From Chiloscyllium plagiosum (taxonomy: Eukaryota): a DNA stretch of 60,458 nt. A model generated the notes under the pieces. That model did no database searches. It was not told the DNA's origin and saw nothing but the letters and a program-made list of their open reading frames with translations. The position numbers and the translations under genes were made by a program. The stretch is from positions 24,734,159 to 24,794,616 of the forward strand of contig NC_057718.1 of NCBI RefSeq assembly GCF_004010195.1, written 5' to 3'. Positions 1 to 11,749 of this stretch are shown piece by piece (the first letter of the stretch is position 1; each line of letters begins with the position of its first letter).

Positions 1-192
1 ACCTTTTCACATTTCCCCCATGAACAACTGATATTGATGCACAGCCTTATTGTGAGTGCTACCTCATATCCATGTCTCGCAGTCACCTTCCACAAATATT
101 GGCCCTCCACCAGCTCTCTACATAGGCCGTTTTTCCCACAAATAACCATCTGCTTTCTCTCGTTTTAGAAGAGACAACAGAATTGCATGCAG

Positions 193-702
193 AGTGAGAG
201 AACTAAGGGTAATGACCCATTGATAGCTGAGAGAACTAAGGTGATGTCCCATTGGTAGCTGAGAGAACTAAGGGTGATGTCCCATTGATAGCTGAGAGAA
301 CTAAGGGTAGCATGGTGACTCAGTGGTTAGCCTCACAGCACCATGGTCCCAGGTTCGATTCTAGCCTTGGGTGACTGTCTGTGTGGAGTTTGCACATTCT
401 CCCCATGTCTGTGTGGGTTTCCTCCAGGTGCTCTGGTTTCCTCCCACAGTCCAAAGATGTGTGGGTCAGGTGAATTGGCATGTTAAGTTGCCCATAGCAT
501 TAGTCAGAGGGGAATGGGTCTGGGTAGGTTACTCTTTGGAGGGTCGATGTGGACTTGTTGGGCTGAAGGGCCTGTTTCCACACTGTATGGAATCTAATTT
601 AATCAAAAAACTAAGGGTGATGTCCAATTGGTAGCTGAGAGAACTAAGAGTGATGTCCCAATGATAGCTGAGAGAATGAAGGGTGATGTCCCATTGGTAG
701 CT
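193..702. repeat. 33-bp minisatellite (GAGAGAACTAAGGGTGATGTCCCATTGRTAGCT), ~6-7 units, split by a SINE
   Basis: Units at ~196-228, 229-260, 261-293, partial 294-308, resuming 609-702 after the SINE. Confidence 0.9.
305..604 (+). mobile_element. HE1-type tRNA-derived SINE
   Basis: A/B-box-like head (TGGTGACTCAGTGG...GGTTCGATTCT), conserved core TGTGTGGAGTTTGCACATTCTCCC, tail GGGCCTGTTTCCACACTGTA plus AATCT repeats. Confidence 0.9.
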
Positions 703-3144
703 ACCCAGACCCCTGCCTAGGAGAAGGATGGCCTGGAGACTGATTGGTGACAGAGTACATGGTCATTGCTAGCTGGGGGCTTCCAGAAGTTTTTGTGACA
801 GCAACAGCAATTACATTGGCACCCATCAATCACTATGTTGATTTGCCATGGCAGCAACCTGAAATGTGAACATCTGCACATTGTTAATATGACTTTTTAT
901 TAGAGCGTTGTGCTCAAGAGCAGGAATAGTAGCTATAATGTATTTGTATTGCCTGTTTTCAAAGTACTGATCTTACTGGGTTGTAGGAATGCAGATCCAC
1001 TTGCAACTAATTGGAAAAATACATTTGTTTGTCACATCATTGATGGCAGAAATGCAAGTTTTGGAATTCAGCTGTCAACAATCTCACATCTAAAACTGAA
1101 TTCCTTCCAGAGGACAGACACTGATAATGAAATATGTTAAGCTGGGTTATATACCATTTTAAAAAAGGGCATTAGACAAAAAAAAGTTAGAACATGATTC
1201 TGACTGGAATTAATTTCCTCCATGTTTGCCTATCGGTGCAAATGTACGTTTGCTGTCACAACAAGCAGTATATAGAGGATAATCTTCTGTGGTTGATAGC
1301 AAAACAACAAACTATTCTATGAATAATTTGTATTAATGCAGGATCGACAATATTGGAAACAATCTAAAGAATACTGTAGCAGGTATGAGACACAGACATG
1401 ATAGCAAGCAAGGAAAGATTGAAAAAAGATTGCCAAATTCTTTTTTAAAGAGGTGGATTTTATTCAGGATTCTTACCGAGGACAGGTGAAAAGGCACACA
1501 TGTTTAGAGGATGCTGTAAATAGCAAACACAATGTGGGTGAAGAATCTATCACCAGTGAGGGGTGAAGTTAGTGAGAAGGAGAGGGGAGTTTGATGTATA
1601 TAGTCTCAGTCAGAATACCAGCCTATGGAAATCTCCTTTGCTTGTGTTAACTAAATGGGGATGAGAGGAAGTCATTCATACAAGGCGATCTTTTTTTCAA
1701 ATATCACAGTAGTGGCTTTTGTTTACCTACAAGGAAAACAACTTGACTGATTTTTTCGACAATTTAATCAGCCAAACAAAGACATCAAGCTCTGCCAGTA
1801 AATTATATCTTCAGTGCAAAACAAAGCCATAAACAGCAAACAATCTCCAATGTAGACAAAAAATAATATGTCCACATATTGCAGATGTAGGTTAATAGTT
1901 CCTGCGCTATCTCCATACCAAACATAACTGAAATATTGTTGATTCCATGCTGTAGCTACCTAGGTCATGACCCAATTCCCAATGAGGTCAGGCTGTCTTT
2001 AGTAAAGCAATTGGTGAGCACTTCTATAAGAAAGTGTTCACCTGTTTATGCATTAATGTTGCATAAACACAGCAATACATACACTGAAAACTAACTCCGT
2101 ATTGATAACTTAGTGTAGATTCATGGAAGAAAAGAATTGACTATTTTAGGTCATTTTCCTTTGCTTTTTCTGAATGTTTGCACACATAAATTATTATTCC
2201 CAAGAATGTGGCCTCATCCTTATTGTTCCATCCTCAGCACTGCCTGTGTCTCCTGATTTCGAACAGTACTTATATGTATGAAGTAAAAGTACAGTTCAGA
2301 GGAATATGTAATAGCTGAATTTTGACTTGGAGACCTATATTTAGTGAAAAAGGTTACTTTTCTGGTGTACCTCAGGCCACAGTTAACTGTGCTACAGGTT
2401 TCTATATTGAACTCTTCAACAGCCCAGTTAATTCCATTGCCTTCAAGAGTAAGTATAACTAGGAAACTGCATCAAAGCATGAGCAACAGAACCAATTGCC
2501 CCAGAGTAGGGAGCATTCTAGTTTCATGTCCTCCTGTCTCCCTGCACTGACACTCTCTTTGGCCAAGAATTTTCCAGCAGGCAACAACAGTAAGCAGGTG
2601 TAGCTCTTTCACAGCATGGCATACCCTAAACCGTGTCCCACCCCTTGCATGTTCACAGCTTCATGAACAGCATCTCCATGGGGCACATACAAGGGCTCGC
2701 TGGCCGGCCAATTCCTTTCCTGACATTGTCCAGTCTGGCTGGTATATGCTTATTGATCCTTCAGTTATCTACCCATTTGCACAATCCTGAAAAGTTCCAG
2801 TGACCCATTCTCTCAGCTTAGTGACCGCTTATGCTTTGATGCACCATTTATTTGGCTATCTTCTTGACTCAGCAGTCTGTGATCACCCTTCAGCTTACTT
2901 TCAGCTACTTTCTTCACTCAGACTGTAGCACTCCTCCTGTGAATCATTCTTGGCCCTATGCTGTCAGGCAGAAATAGCTGCAATACTGTTGGTTTGATTG
3001 GGGCTCTAAGTTGCTCATAGCTGTCCCACTCTTCAGTCCCAATCAGCCATCTTCAACCTTCACTTTACGCAATTGCAGTGGATGTAACTCCTCTGCTGTA
3101 CTGGAAACTCATTGTTAACTATCCTTCACTCATAAGAAGAGATG

Positions 3145-4640
3145 TCATTGTCTACTGAAAACGTATGTAGGCAAGACTATTACAGGTATAATGGAAGCAG
3201 TACAAGGAGGGAATAAAGTGTACAATGATGAATTCTGTATACTAATCCAGAAGCCTTGTCTGGTCCTTGCAATGAATAGTCTTTGAATTTGGTTGTCCAT
3301 GATACTGCGGAATGTCACTTGGAGGCAATGGCTTGCTATAACTTTGCGCAATGTGTTTATATGTATTTCTTAGCTTCAGCACAACATTAGGGGCTTGTAA
3401 TTTGGCATGTGACTAATCTTACAGAAAGACTATTGAGTGAAACAAGATGGCAAAGTTGAACTAATACCAGAAATATCGTCACTAGCTTGATGATACCTGT
3501 GATGTACTGATTGTAAGCTCTGACATTACCCTGACAGGAGTATCTGGCAGTGCCTCATGGGTGGATGCATAATCTCTCATAAAAGCATTTATTTTTGTGC
3601 TTTCTTTTGTGTGTGGTATGGAATCCACTTTGAGATCAACATGACTAGCAAATAACTTCAGTAGAAAATGTTCAGCGTTCATGATGCTGTTAAGTAACTG
3701 AGAGAAACCAAGACATTTCTTGTAGACTGCAGGAGTGACATATGGTTTGAGCAAACATTTTTGGACGCATGTAAGCTTGCTGACAATTTGGAGATGCAGG
3801 CCCATTTCAAACCAAATCTAATCTGTATTAGGAGAAAGAGGAAGCAGTTCAGATATTAAGCAGAGAATGAGCGTATTCAAGAAAAAATTCAAAATGAGTT
3901 GTTACTTTGCAGTCCTTGATAAAGTGGTATGATTGGTTAAAGTCATAGATCATAGAAGCAGAAGTAGACCATTCAGCCAATTGAGTCTTATCCATCATTT
4001 AAACAAATAATGGCTGATCTGAAAAACCCTAACTTCACTTTCCTGCCTTTCCCTTGTAACTCTTGATTTCCTTAATGTTTAAAAATCTGTCTATCTCAGC
4101 CTTGAATATACTCAACAACCTAGCTTATACAGAATTCCACAGAATCACTACCATCTGACGAAAGAAATTCCTCTTCATTTGTCTTAATTGTGCAACATCT
4201 CATAAGGAAAGATTCACACAGACCCATTGACTTCCTCTACAATGTTTACAATCTTCAGAACTGTACATCAAAGCTAATTATGGAACATTGCTTGAAACTA
4301 GAAACTAAAACATGGATACTCAAAAAATATTGATGCTTCACATTTTTACAGTGAATTGCAAAGTCAGTTCCAAAGTATAGAAGAGGTATTGAACTTTGCA
4401 ATGAACTTTGCATGTGCCCAACACATTTATTAACTCTTCACATCCTCTTCATCTTCACTGTTTCTGAGACCAGTGATGATGGAAGCTTTTCCAAATTAAA
4501 GTTGATCAAAATATATTTTAATTCCTCAATGATGCAAGAAAGCCTGGCTAGCCATCCCAACAACAGAACATTGTTTAGAATGAACTAGTTACTACAATTG
4601 CTAAACTGTAAATTGGGAAAGTTAAATTCTAATTCATGAT
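3145..4640 (+). mobile_element. Degraded hAT transposase fossil, interrupted by a CR1 3' fragment
   Basis: Manual translation: SLNLVV (3280-3297), LSETRW (3433-3450), IRRKRKQF and YFAVLD before the insertion, ERF after it, and SFSKLKLIK (4484-4510, hAT C-terminal dimerisation motif); many stops and frameshifts. Confidence 0.8.
3943..4200 (-). mobile_element. Old CR1 LINE 3' end nested in the hAT fossil
   Basis: CR1-tail-like text (CATAGAAGCAGAAGTAGACCATTCAGCC...AAGAAATTCCTC) splits the transposase between YFAVLD..K and ERF. Confidence 0.65.
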
Positions 4641-6516
4641 CAACAGCATGCAGGAAAACACATGGTATAATACCTTGTGAAGGTTATTTGCTTACACATT
4701 GAAGCATATGAATAACTGTGATATCCTGACTGAAACAACATGTAGAACAAATCAGTGACGTAACACATATTCTTCTGTAAAACAAATGTATAACTTATTT
4801 ACAAATGCAAAATATGAGTGTTTATTCACATGAAACACGTGCAGATTTAATTGATACAGTTAAATTCTGCACAGCATCCACAAGGAAAGAAATGTGTGGC
4901 ATCACTGGTTGAATTAAATGCTGGTTATTTCATTTGCAAGTTCAATTCAGGGATGATCTCAGATGATGTGGGTTGAGGTCTCCTGAGTTCAACTATTCGA
5001 AGGCAAACTCCTGATTTGGTGTCATGATCTCGTAATACTAGTTGAGGTCAATGAGAGGACAGGAAGGGAGCACATTATTCTAAACACCTCCAAAATCGAG
5101 GGAAAATGGTGTTGCCTGAAGAAGCTGAGAAGCAATCTGAACAATGGGACTCATGGAAGGCTGAGACCAGAGCAAGGGCTGAAGGTAGAACAGACAGTGT
5201 AGATATGCACGAGTTTGACAATTTTATCTTTTAGTGTATGTACTTTAATGTATGCACTTTAAGAAATATTTGAGGACACTGGAGCAGGGGCCAGGGCAGC
5301 AGATACTCTGAAGCCTGTTGTGTGCTTGAAAGCTGGAAGATTAGTGACCAATACAATTCCCAAAAATTTGTACAGAAATATTTTCCAGTTTGTTGGAAGG
5401 AAACTATAGTAATTTTATGCTATTGATTATTTTACTGCATTTTTTAAAAACATTTGGACCAACCTCATAGTATATGGTGATCATTTTTCAGTCCTTACCT
5501 TCCTCAGTTCCTGTCAGGCGACAGCATATTTGATCTTCTTTATACTTACATTATGTGGTGCTGCAAAAGTTAAATGACTTCAACCTTTAGTTTTTAATCC
5601 TTGCCACATACAGACATGAGAAGATATTTGCAGTATCTTGACTACAGAGCTTGGCACAAGACCAGTTAGAATTTCTAACATTACAGATTTACTCATAACA
5701 GCAGATGCCCACCTCAGCTGGAAGCTTATTAAAACTTGATAACAGTTAATTACAAATCCTTTTTAAAATTGGCTGATATTTAATTTTCACTTTCCTATTT
5801 GATAATGCGGAAAGTAAATCAGTTGTTGTGACGTGCTTTTTAGTGCTTCACACTACTTTTCTTGGTGGCAATTCACACTGATGTTCATAATGGAGATTGA
5901 TGTGCAAGCACTAAATACACTGTAATCACCTGGCAAAGATATCTAAGTGTGATGCATTATGACTTTGCGTTCACAAGTATTTACTTCATGTTTGGCAACT
6001 TATAAACCACATTTTTAAAGGGATATTTGACTCTGTATGAAAGATATTAAAGCTTAAAAGCTAATGTAAGCCATATTATCATACAGACTTTGAAGTGATC
6101 AAATCAAAAATTTCCTTTATTATTTTAATATAGCTACTAAATTGTGTTTTTTACAGGGGATGATGACTCTGTTTAATAGTTTGGAAGAAAATAAATGTTC
6201 ACGTTTTTGAACAGAAGGCTATAAAAACAATGTAAAAACTGCAACACAGGTTGATGAAGATATCTCAAAAATTGTAGGATCTAAAGAAGGCAGATTTGAG
6301 AGGTTAGAATTGAGAAGTTTAAGAAAGGACCAGATGGAAATCTTCAACATTATGAATGGTTATGATAAAGTATCATTTAATAGCATTATTTCCATTGGCT
6401 TTTCATATGATGGGTAAGTTATCCACAATACTCATGCTGAGAATATCCAGCTCTCTCATTATAGGAGAGGTTGGGTATTCACCAGTTTAAGGCAGCCTGC
6501 ATCTCTTTAAAGTTTA

Positions 6517-6640
6517 AAAGTGTGACACAGGGAAAGCACAGCAGCTCAGGCAGCATCCGAGGAGCAGGAGAGTCGATGTTTCGGGCATAAGCCCTTCATC
6601 AGGAATATAGTGGGGAAGGGGGCTGAGAGATAAGTAGGTG
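6517..6640 (-). mobile_element. Penelope-like element terminal-repeat (pLTR) fragment, family A
   Basis: Matches the terminal repeat of the GIY-YIG-bearing PLE at 44355-45230; hammerhead motif at 6571-6606. Confidence 0.8.
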
Positions 6641-6918
6641 ATCCAACTGGGCTCTTGCATTGCAATGGACCTGGAAAGAAGATTGAGGGACAAGGATTAA
6701 CCACGAGTGGAAGGCTTGGCAGAATCAACTGAAAAGCGGCTCAGTTCAGTCCCAGGGTTTGATGGAGAATTTAATGAGGCAGAGAACCCAATGAGAAGAA
6801 AAACACCGAGTGAAATGTCCAAGCATTTTGTGGACCATATCTTCCAGTTTCACCAAATGTCCATCTTTTCCTGCAGTAAGGTGAAGAGGCTGTGACCTGG
6901 TGAAAGGCTTGCGAAGAT

Positions 6919-7256
6919 GGGTGGCATGGTGGCTCAGTGGTTAACACTGCTGCCTTACAGTGCCAGGGACCCAAGTTTGATGCCAGCCTCAGGAGACTGG
7001 CTGTGTGGAGTTTGCACATTCTCCCTGTGTCTGCGTGAGTTTCCTCCGAGTGTTCCTGTTTCTTCCCATAATCCAAAGATGTGCAGGTCAGTGAATTAGC
7101 CATGCTAAGTTACCCATAGTGTTCAGGGATTTGTGGGTTAGGTGCATTAGTCAGGGCTAAATGTAGGGGAATGGGTCTGGGTGGGTTAATCTTCAGACGG
7201 TCCATGTGGGCTTGTTGGGCCAAATGACCTGTTTCCACACTGTAGGGATTCTATGA
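6919..7256 (+). mobile_element. HE1-type SINE
   Basis: Same head, core and tail as the other copies; ends ATTCTATGA. Confidence 0.9.
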
Positions 7257-7427
7257 TATATGAATGGAGGTAGCATCATTTAGTGAAGTATGAATGATGT
7301 CAGGGGCAATATTTTGAGACCAGTAACTGGTGTTAGCATGTAAGATGAAATAGCTACATCAGTAATGTGTGTTCTGGGGAGGTGAAGGTGGAGAATAACA
7401 TCTTGAATTAAAAGGTAGATGTTGATT

Positions 7428-7605
7428 GTTGTAAAAACACGTCCGGTTCACTAATGTCCTTTAGGGAAGGAAATCTGCCATCGCTGTCTGGCCTGGCCTA
7501 CATGTGACTCCAGACCCACAGCATCGTGGTTGTTTCTCAACTCTTTGGGCATTTAAGGTTGGGCAATAAATACTGGCCAAGCCACACACAATGAACAGCT
7601 GAAAA
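7428..7605 (+). mobile_element. SINE family B (3' part)
   Basis: GGTTCACTAATGTCCTTTAGGGAAGGAAATCTGCC...CTACATGTGACTCCAGACCCACAGC; shared with 14812-15100 and 41370-41710. Confidence 0.7.
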
Positions 7606-7945
7606 AAGTTGAACGAGAGTGATAAGGAGAAGAGTGCTGAGGCTACAGGTGGTGCACAACTGAGTAGGAAGTAACAAATTTGAATTGAGGTCTTAATTTA
7701 GTCATTGTTAGCAGATCCTTGTCAGTATTCATTCAATTGGTTTTAATTTTTGTCTACTGTAATTTGGACTGTTTGATTTGGCAATTGCCAGACTTCAGCC
7801 AGAACCAGATCTTCTTTTGCCTGCTGAACTTGTACAAAAATTTTGATGTTGCTGGCATTTGCAGAATTGAAATTGATACTGAATCTCAACTTTCAATTCT
7901 CATGCATGTAGTACGTGCAAAGTGCCACTTCTTTAAAGAGATGCA

Positions 7946-8366
7946 GGAGAAAGTGAGGACTGCAGATGCTGGAGATCAGAGTCGAAAAGTGTAGCGCTGG
8001 AAAAGCACAGCATCCGAGGAGCAGGAGAGTTGATGTTTCAGACCTAAGCCCTTCATCAGGAATGTGGGGGTGGGGGGAAGGAGGCTGAAAGATAAATAGA
8101 TTGGGAGAGTGCTGGGGGGAAGATAGCTTGGAAGGTGATAGGTAGATGCAGGTGGGGGAGTGATGGTGATAGGTCAGAGCGGAAGGTAGAGCAGATAGTT
8201 GGAAGGAAGTTGGACAGGTAGGACAGTTCAAGAGGGTGGTGCAGAGTTGGAGGGTTGGATCTGGGATGACATTGGGGTGGGGGAGATGAGGAAACTGGTG
8301 AAATTGACATTGATGCCATGTGGTTAGAGGGTCTCAAGGTGGAAGATGAGGCGTTCTTCCTCCAAT
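7946..8366 (-). mobile_element. Penelope-like element 3' fragment (GIY-YIG C-terminus plus pLTR)
   Basis: Minus strand reads LEEERLIFHLETL*PHGINVNFTSFLIS, followed by the family-A pLTR with a decayed hammerhead (~8028-8063). Confidence 0.8.
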
Positions 8367-8384
8367 CTTTCAAATACATTCACA

Positions 8385-8665
8385 TCCTTTCTAAAGTGCA
8401 ATGCCGAGAACTGTACACAATGCTCCAGTTGAGGTCTAACTGGTTTCTCATACAGGCTCAGCTCTGTACTCTATGCCCCTAATAATAAAGCCTGGGATTC
8501 TGTATGTTATATAAACCTCTCTCTTCACCTGTCCTGCCATTATTAATGATCTACACATATACAGATCCAAGTCTCTCTGCTTCTTGACACCATTTAGATT
8601 AGTACTCTTTCTTTTATACTCCCTCTCTATGTTTTTTCCGACAAAATAATGAACTCTCAGTTCTC
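8385..8665 (-). mobile_element. Old CR1 LINE ORF2 fragment
   Basis: Similar to the YCVQFWSP region of the CR1 at 31800-32200. Confidence 0.55.
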
Positions 8666-8744
8666 CGCAATGATCTCTGAGCCAAATTCTGTCTTCAAAA
8701 ACTTGGTGAGTTAATTCACCAAGGCACCATCAACAGGATCTATC

Positions 8745-9012
8745 TAAAAGGACAAGGGCAACATGTCCGTGGGAACACCATCAACTTCAAGTTTAATTCC
8801 AGGTATCATCCTGATTTGGAACTATATCACTGAGCCTTCATTGTTACTGGGTCATAATCCTGGAATTCCCTCCCTAACAACACTGCAGCTATACCTATAC
8901 TTTATAAATAGCAGCAGTCCAGCAAGGCAGCTCATCATTATCTTCTCAAAGGCCAGCGACGGAGAATAAATGCTGGCCGATCAATGACCACATCCTGTGA
9001 ATGAATCAAAAA
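8745..9012 (+). mobile_element. 3' end of the second LINE family (same as 46060-49410)
   Basis: GGGAACACCA...TGGAACTATATCACTG...AATAAATGCTGGCC...GAATGAAT matches the reverse complement of 46060-46320. Confidence 0.7.
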
Positions 9013-11035
9013 TGACATGCAGAGGGGCAGAGCCTCAGGCAGGAAATTTAGAATCTAGAAATACGGGGTCCAAAACATAAAGAGACATCACACAATTCAG
9101 GTGTAGAGCAGCACATCTTAAAACATCATCAAAGATTTGGCTCAATAAGGGAGAATACTGAAGAGTCTGCCAACAAGGTGACAGATGGGAATTATCCACC
9201 CTGTCCTTATTTATCCTGGGTATTGGAGGCTGGATGCACTGCCCCCTCTGTGACATCTCAGACCTCAGTTAAACCTCTTGATGCTACTGTGTGACGGCAG
9301 GGAAATTCTCTCCCAGAACTCCGAAATGCAGAGCCTGGAGGTTGAAAGTGCAGAGTTTTCTTAATAAAACTTTTATGATGATGATTTCCATTATGAACAA
9401 AAGGAGGGCTGCTCTTTAGACATGATATTGACTCCTGCACAGCCATTAGGTGATGCAGCTACCTTCTTCCCGTGACACAATCCAGTGAGAAGACCACGTG
9501 ACCTGCATTCATAAGCCGATTGCCATGTCACTGGGGTCAACCAACTACCACAGACCTGCGGCAGATCCTCGATGACTTCTGGGTCCACCAGTAGGTGCCT
9601 GAACAGCAGGACCTAAGCTATCCCTACATTGTTGTCCTGTAAACAAATGTCAGTTCAAGACTTCCCTGTGATCACTCCTCTGTCACCTGAGTTCTTCCTC
9701 CAGCTGAAGATCTCTTGACTCTTGCTTATCATCTTTGGTTCTCCAGTCTCATATCAGATTCAGCAATGCATCCATCTTGCCAGCATAAATCCATGCAGAA
9801 GTCCCACTTCCAATAAAAATGAGGAATTATCTTGCACCTAAGGGTGGAAAACTGAAGATACTTTGAATAAAACAATGCCAAATGCATGTGGTATGAGAAG
9901 GCACTGTTTAATACAACCTACATTCCTATATCAGCTGTTCAAAAACTGTCAACAGCAGCTGTAAACTTCATTCAGCAACCCATGCTACTTGATCATTAAT
10001 TATGATGCTTTGTATTGTACATCTAGTATTCCCGGGATATCGCGAGTTATTCTAATCTTTGTAATCTTATTAAGGATTATTACTTGATTGCGGATTCAGT
10101 TTTTTAGTTTAATTGATTAAATTAAAGTATGCTCGGAAGCAACTTCCATTAATTTTACATGACTTCATTTTCAGTACTATAAAATGAGAAGCTATAAGTT
10201 ATTTTCCCAGGACCAAAACATTTAGGGTGATCCAATTTTATTTAATGCTCGAGATTTAAGAATGTGATGCTCAGGTTGATACTTAGCAATTCAATTGCTA
10301 TCTCGGAAGGTACCAAATTCACACATGTCTCAAAGCCAAATTGAAGTGATATATTGATAGGTATTAAGCTGTTATATTCAAAATCTGTTAAAATATACTA
10401 GACCAATTGCGGGAATTCAACAGTACATTTGCAATGGAAATATGCATCGGTGTACAAATTGTATGTTACATTGCAGTGATTACATGTGGGTGTCGATTTC
10501 CACTGAAAATGCACTCATTGCAGCCAAATTAATGTTCTTTTACACGCCATTTTAATAAAACGCTGCAACATTTACTCTAAATAAGACTTTTAAAACATCA
10601 TTGAAATAGTTTAAAAATAAATTTGACACCAATGTACCAATCCATTCCCGATGAAACAAAACCTGTTAAATGTCACAATGTGACTAACTCTTGCTCAAGG
10701 CAAGAAAACTACACTTGCAAATTCTTCAGGTTTAACTGTTGTAAAATGTAAAACACAAATTGGCATGTTGTGTTTCAACTTGTACCTTCAACTCCTCAGA
10801 GCTTCTTTCCTTTTGGAAAATCCACCAATCTCTTGTCATGTGAGTGATTGAAGTAAAAATGCTGTGGAGCATTGGCACTAGTATATCATAGCCCTGTTTC
10901 CGATGCATTGACAAGGTTCCCTTTCAGAGTATAAGATCAGTGAACGTAGCCCATAGTGACTTTTCTCCTCTGTAGCCCATTGTTCCTCCTCCACTTCTCA
11001 CTTGTCCAATGCCCCTGTCCATGTTAAATAGTAGC

Positions 11036-11259
11036 CATGATGTGGAGGAGCTGGTGTTGGACTGGGATGGACAAAGTTAGAAGTCACACATTCCAGGTTT
11101 GGTCAATATATCACTGTATGACACTCTAATCTTTTGCTATAAATTCTGTGTCTCATGATCTAATGCTCCACAACTACCTGATGAAGGAACACTGCTCCAA
11201 AAGCTAGTGCTTCCAAATAAACCTGTTGGAGTATAACCTGGTGTTGTGTGATTTCTAAC
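11036..11259 (+). mobile_element. Short PLE-like element, family C, with inverted arms and a hammerhead-like motif
   Basis: Arms 11076-11099 and 11235-11259 are inverted; motif CTGATGA-A-GGAAC-ACT-GCTCC-AAAA-GC-TA at ~11178-11206; second copy at 43862-44030. Confidence 0.6.
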
Positions 11260-11749
11260 ACATTAAGTTGTGTATTTTGTTTCCTTCTTGGGAATTAAGT
11301 GAAATTTGTCCTCTAAAATCCAAAATATTTCCAGTGAGTAATTGTCTTCGGTCATTTGAAAACACTTTTATTTGGCAGGTATAGCTTTCAAAAGTATTCT
11401 GGCTATACCTGATAGAGCGAGATTTTGTTTTTGGCAGACAAAAATAAGTTTCCAAATAACTGAGTCCATTTTCCTTTTTTTTTTAATCAACCAATGGCTC
11501 CTACAAATTAGTATTTAAGTTTTGGCCAGTTGGCTTTAACATTCTATTAACTATTTAGCTTTGCTGTTGGCTGAGTATGGTTAGAGGAAATTCCATACAA
11601 GTAGAAGATGGGGAGAGAAAAGGTTTTAAAGATTTCATCAGATCTCTTTCTCGCTACACTAGCTGACCTGAATATAGTTTACACTAGACCCTGTACAGGG
11701 CCAGCCAGACCAGTGGGAGAAATATCTGTATTTTGGCAGAGAAGGCCAA

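Noticed and set aside
305..380. tRNA genes (here and at the other SINE heads)
   Set aside because: A/B boxes belong to SINE heads followed by SINE body; no complete cloverleaf
371..634. Recurrent short ORFs such as CVEFAHSP.. and LPHSARDP..
   Set aside because: Translations of HE1 SINE copies
193..702. CRISPR-like array of 33-bp repeats
   Set aside because: Units are head-to-tail with no unique spacers, there are no cas genes, and the context is vertebrate
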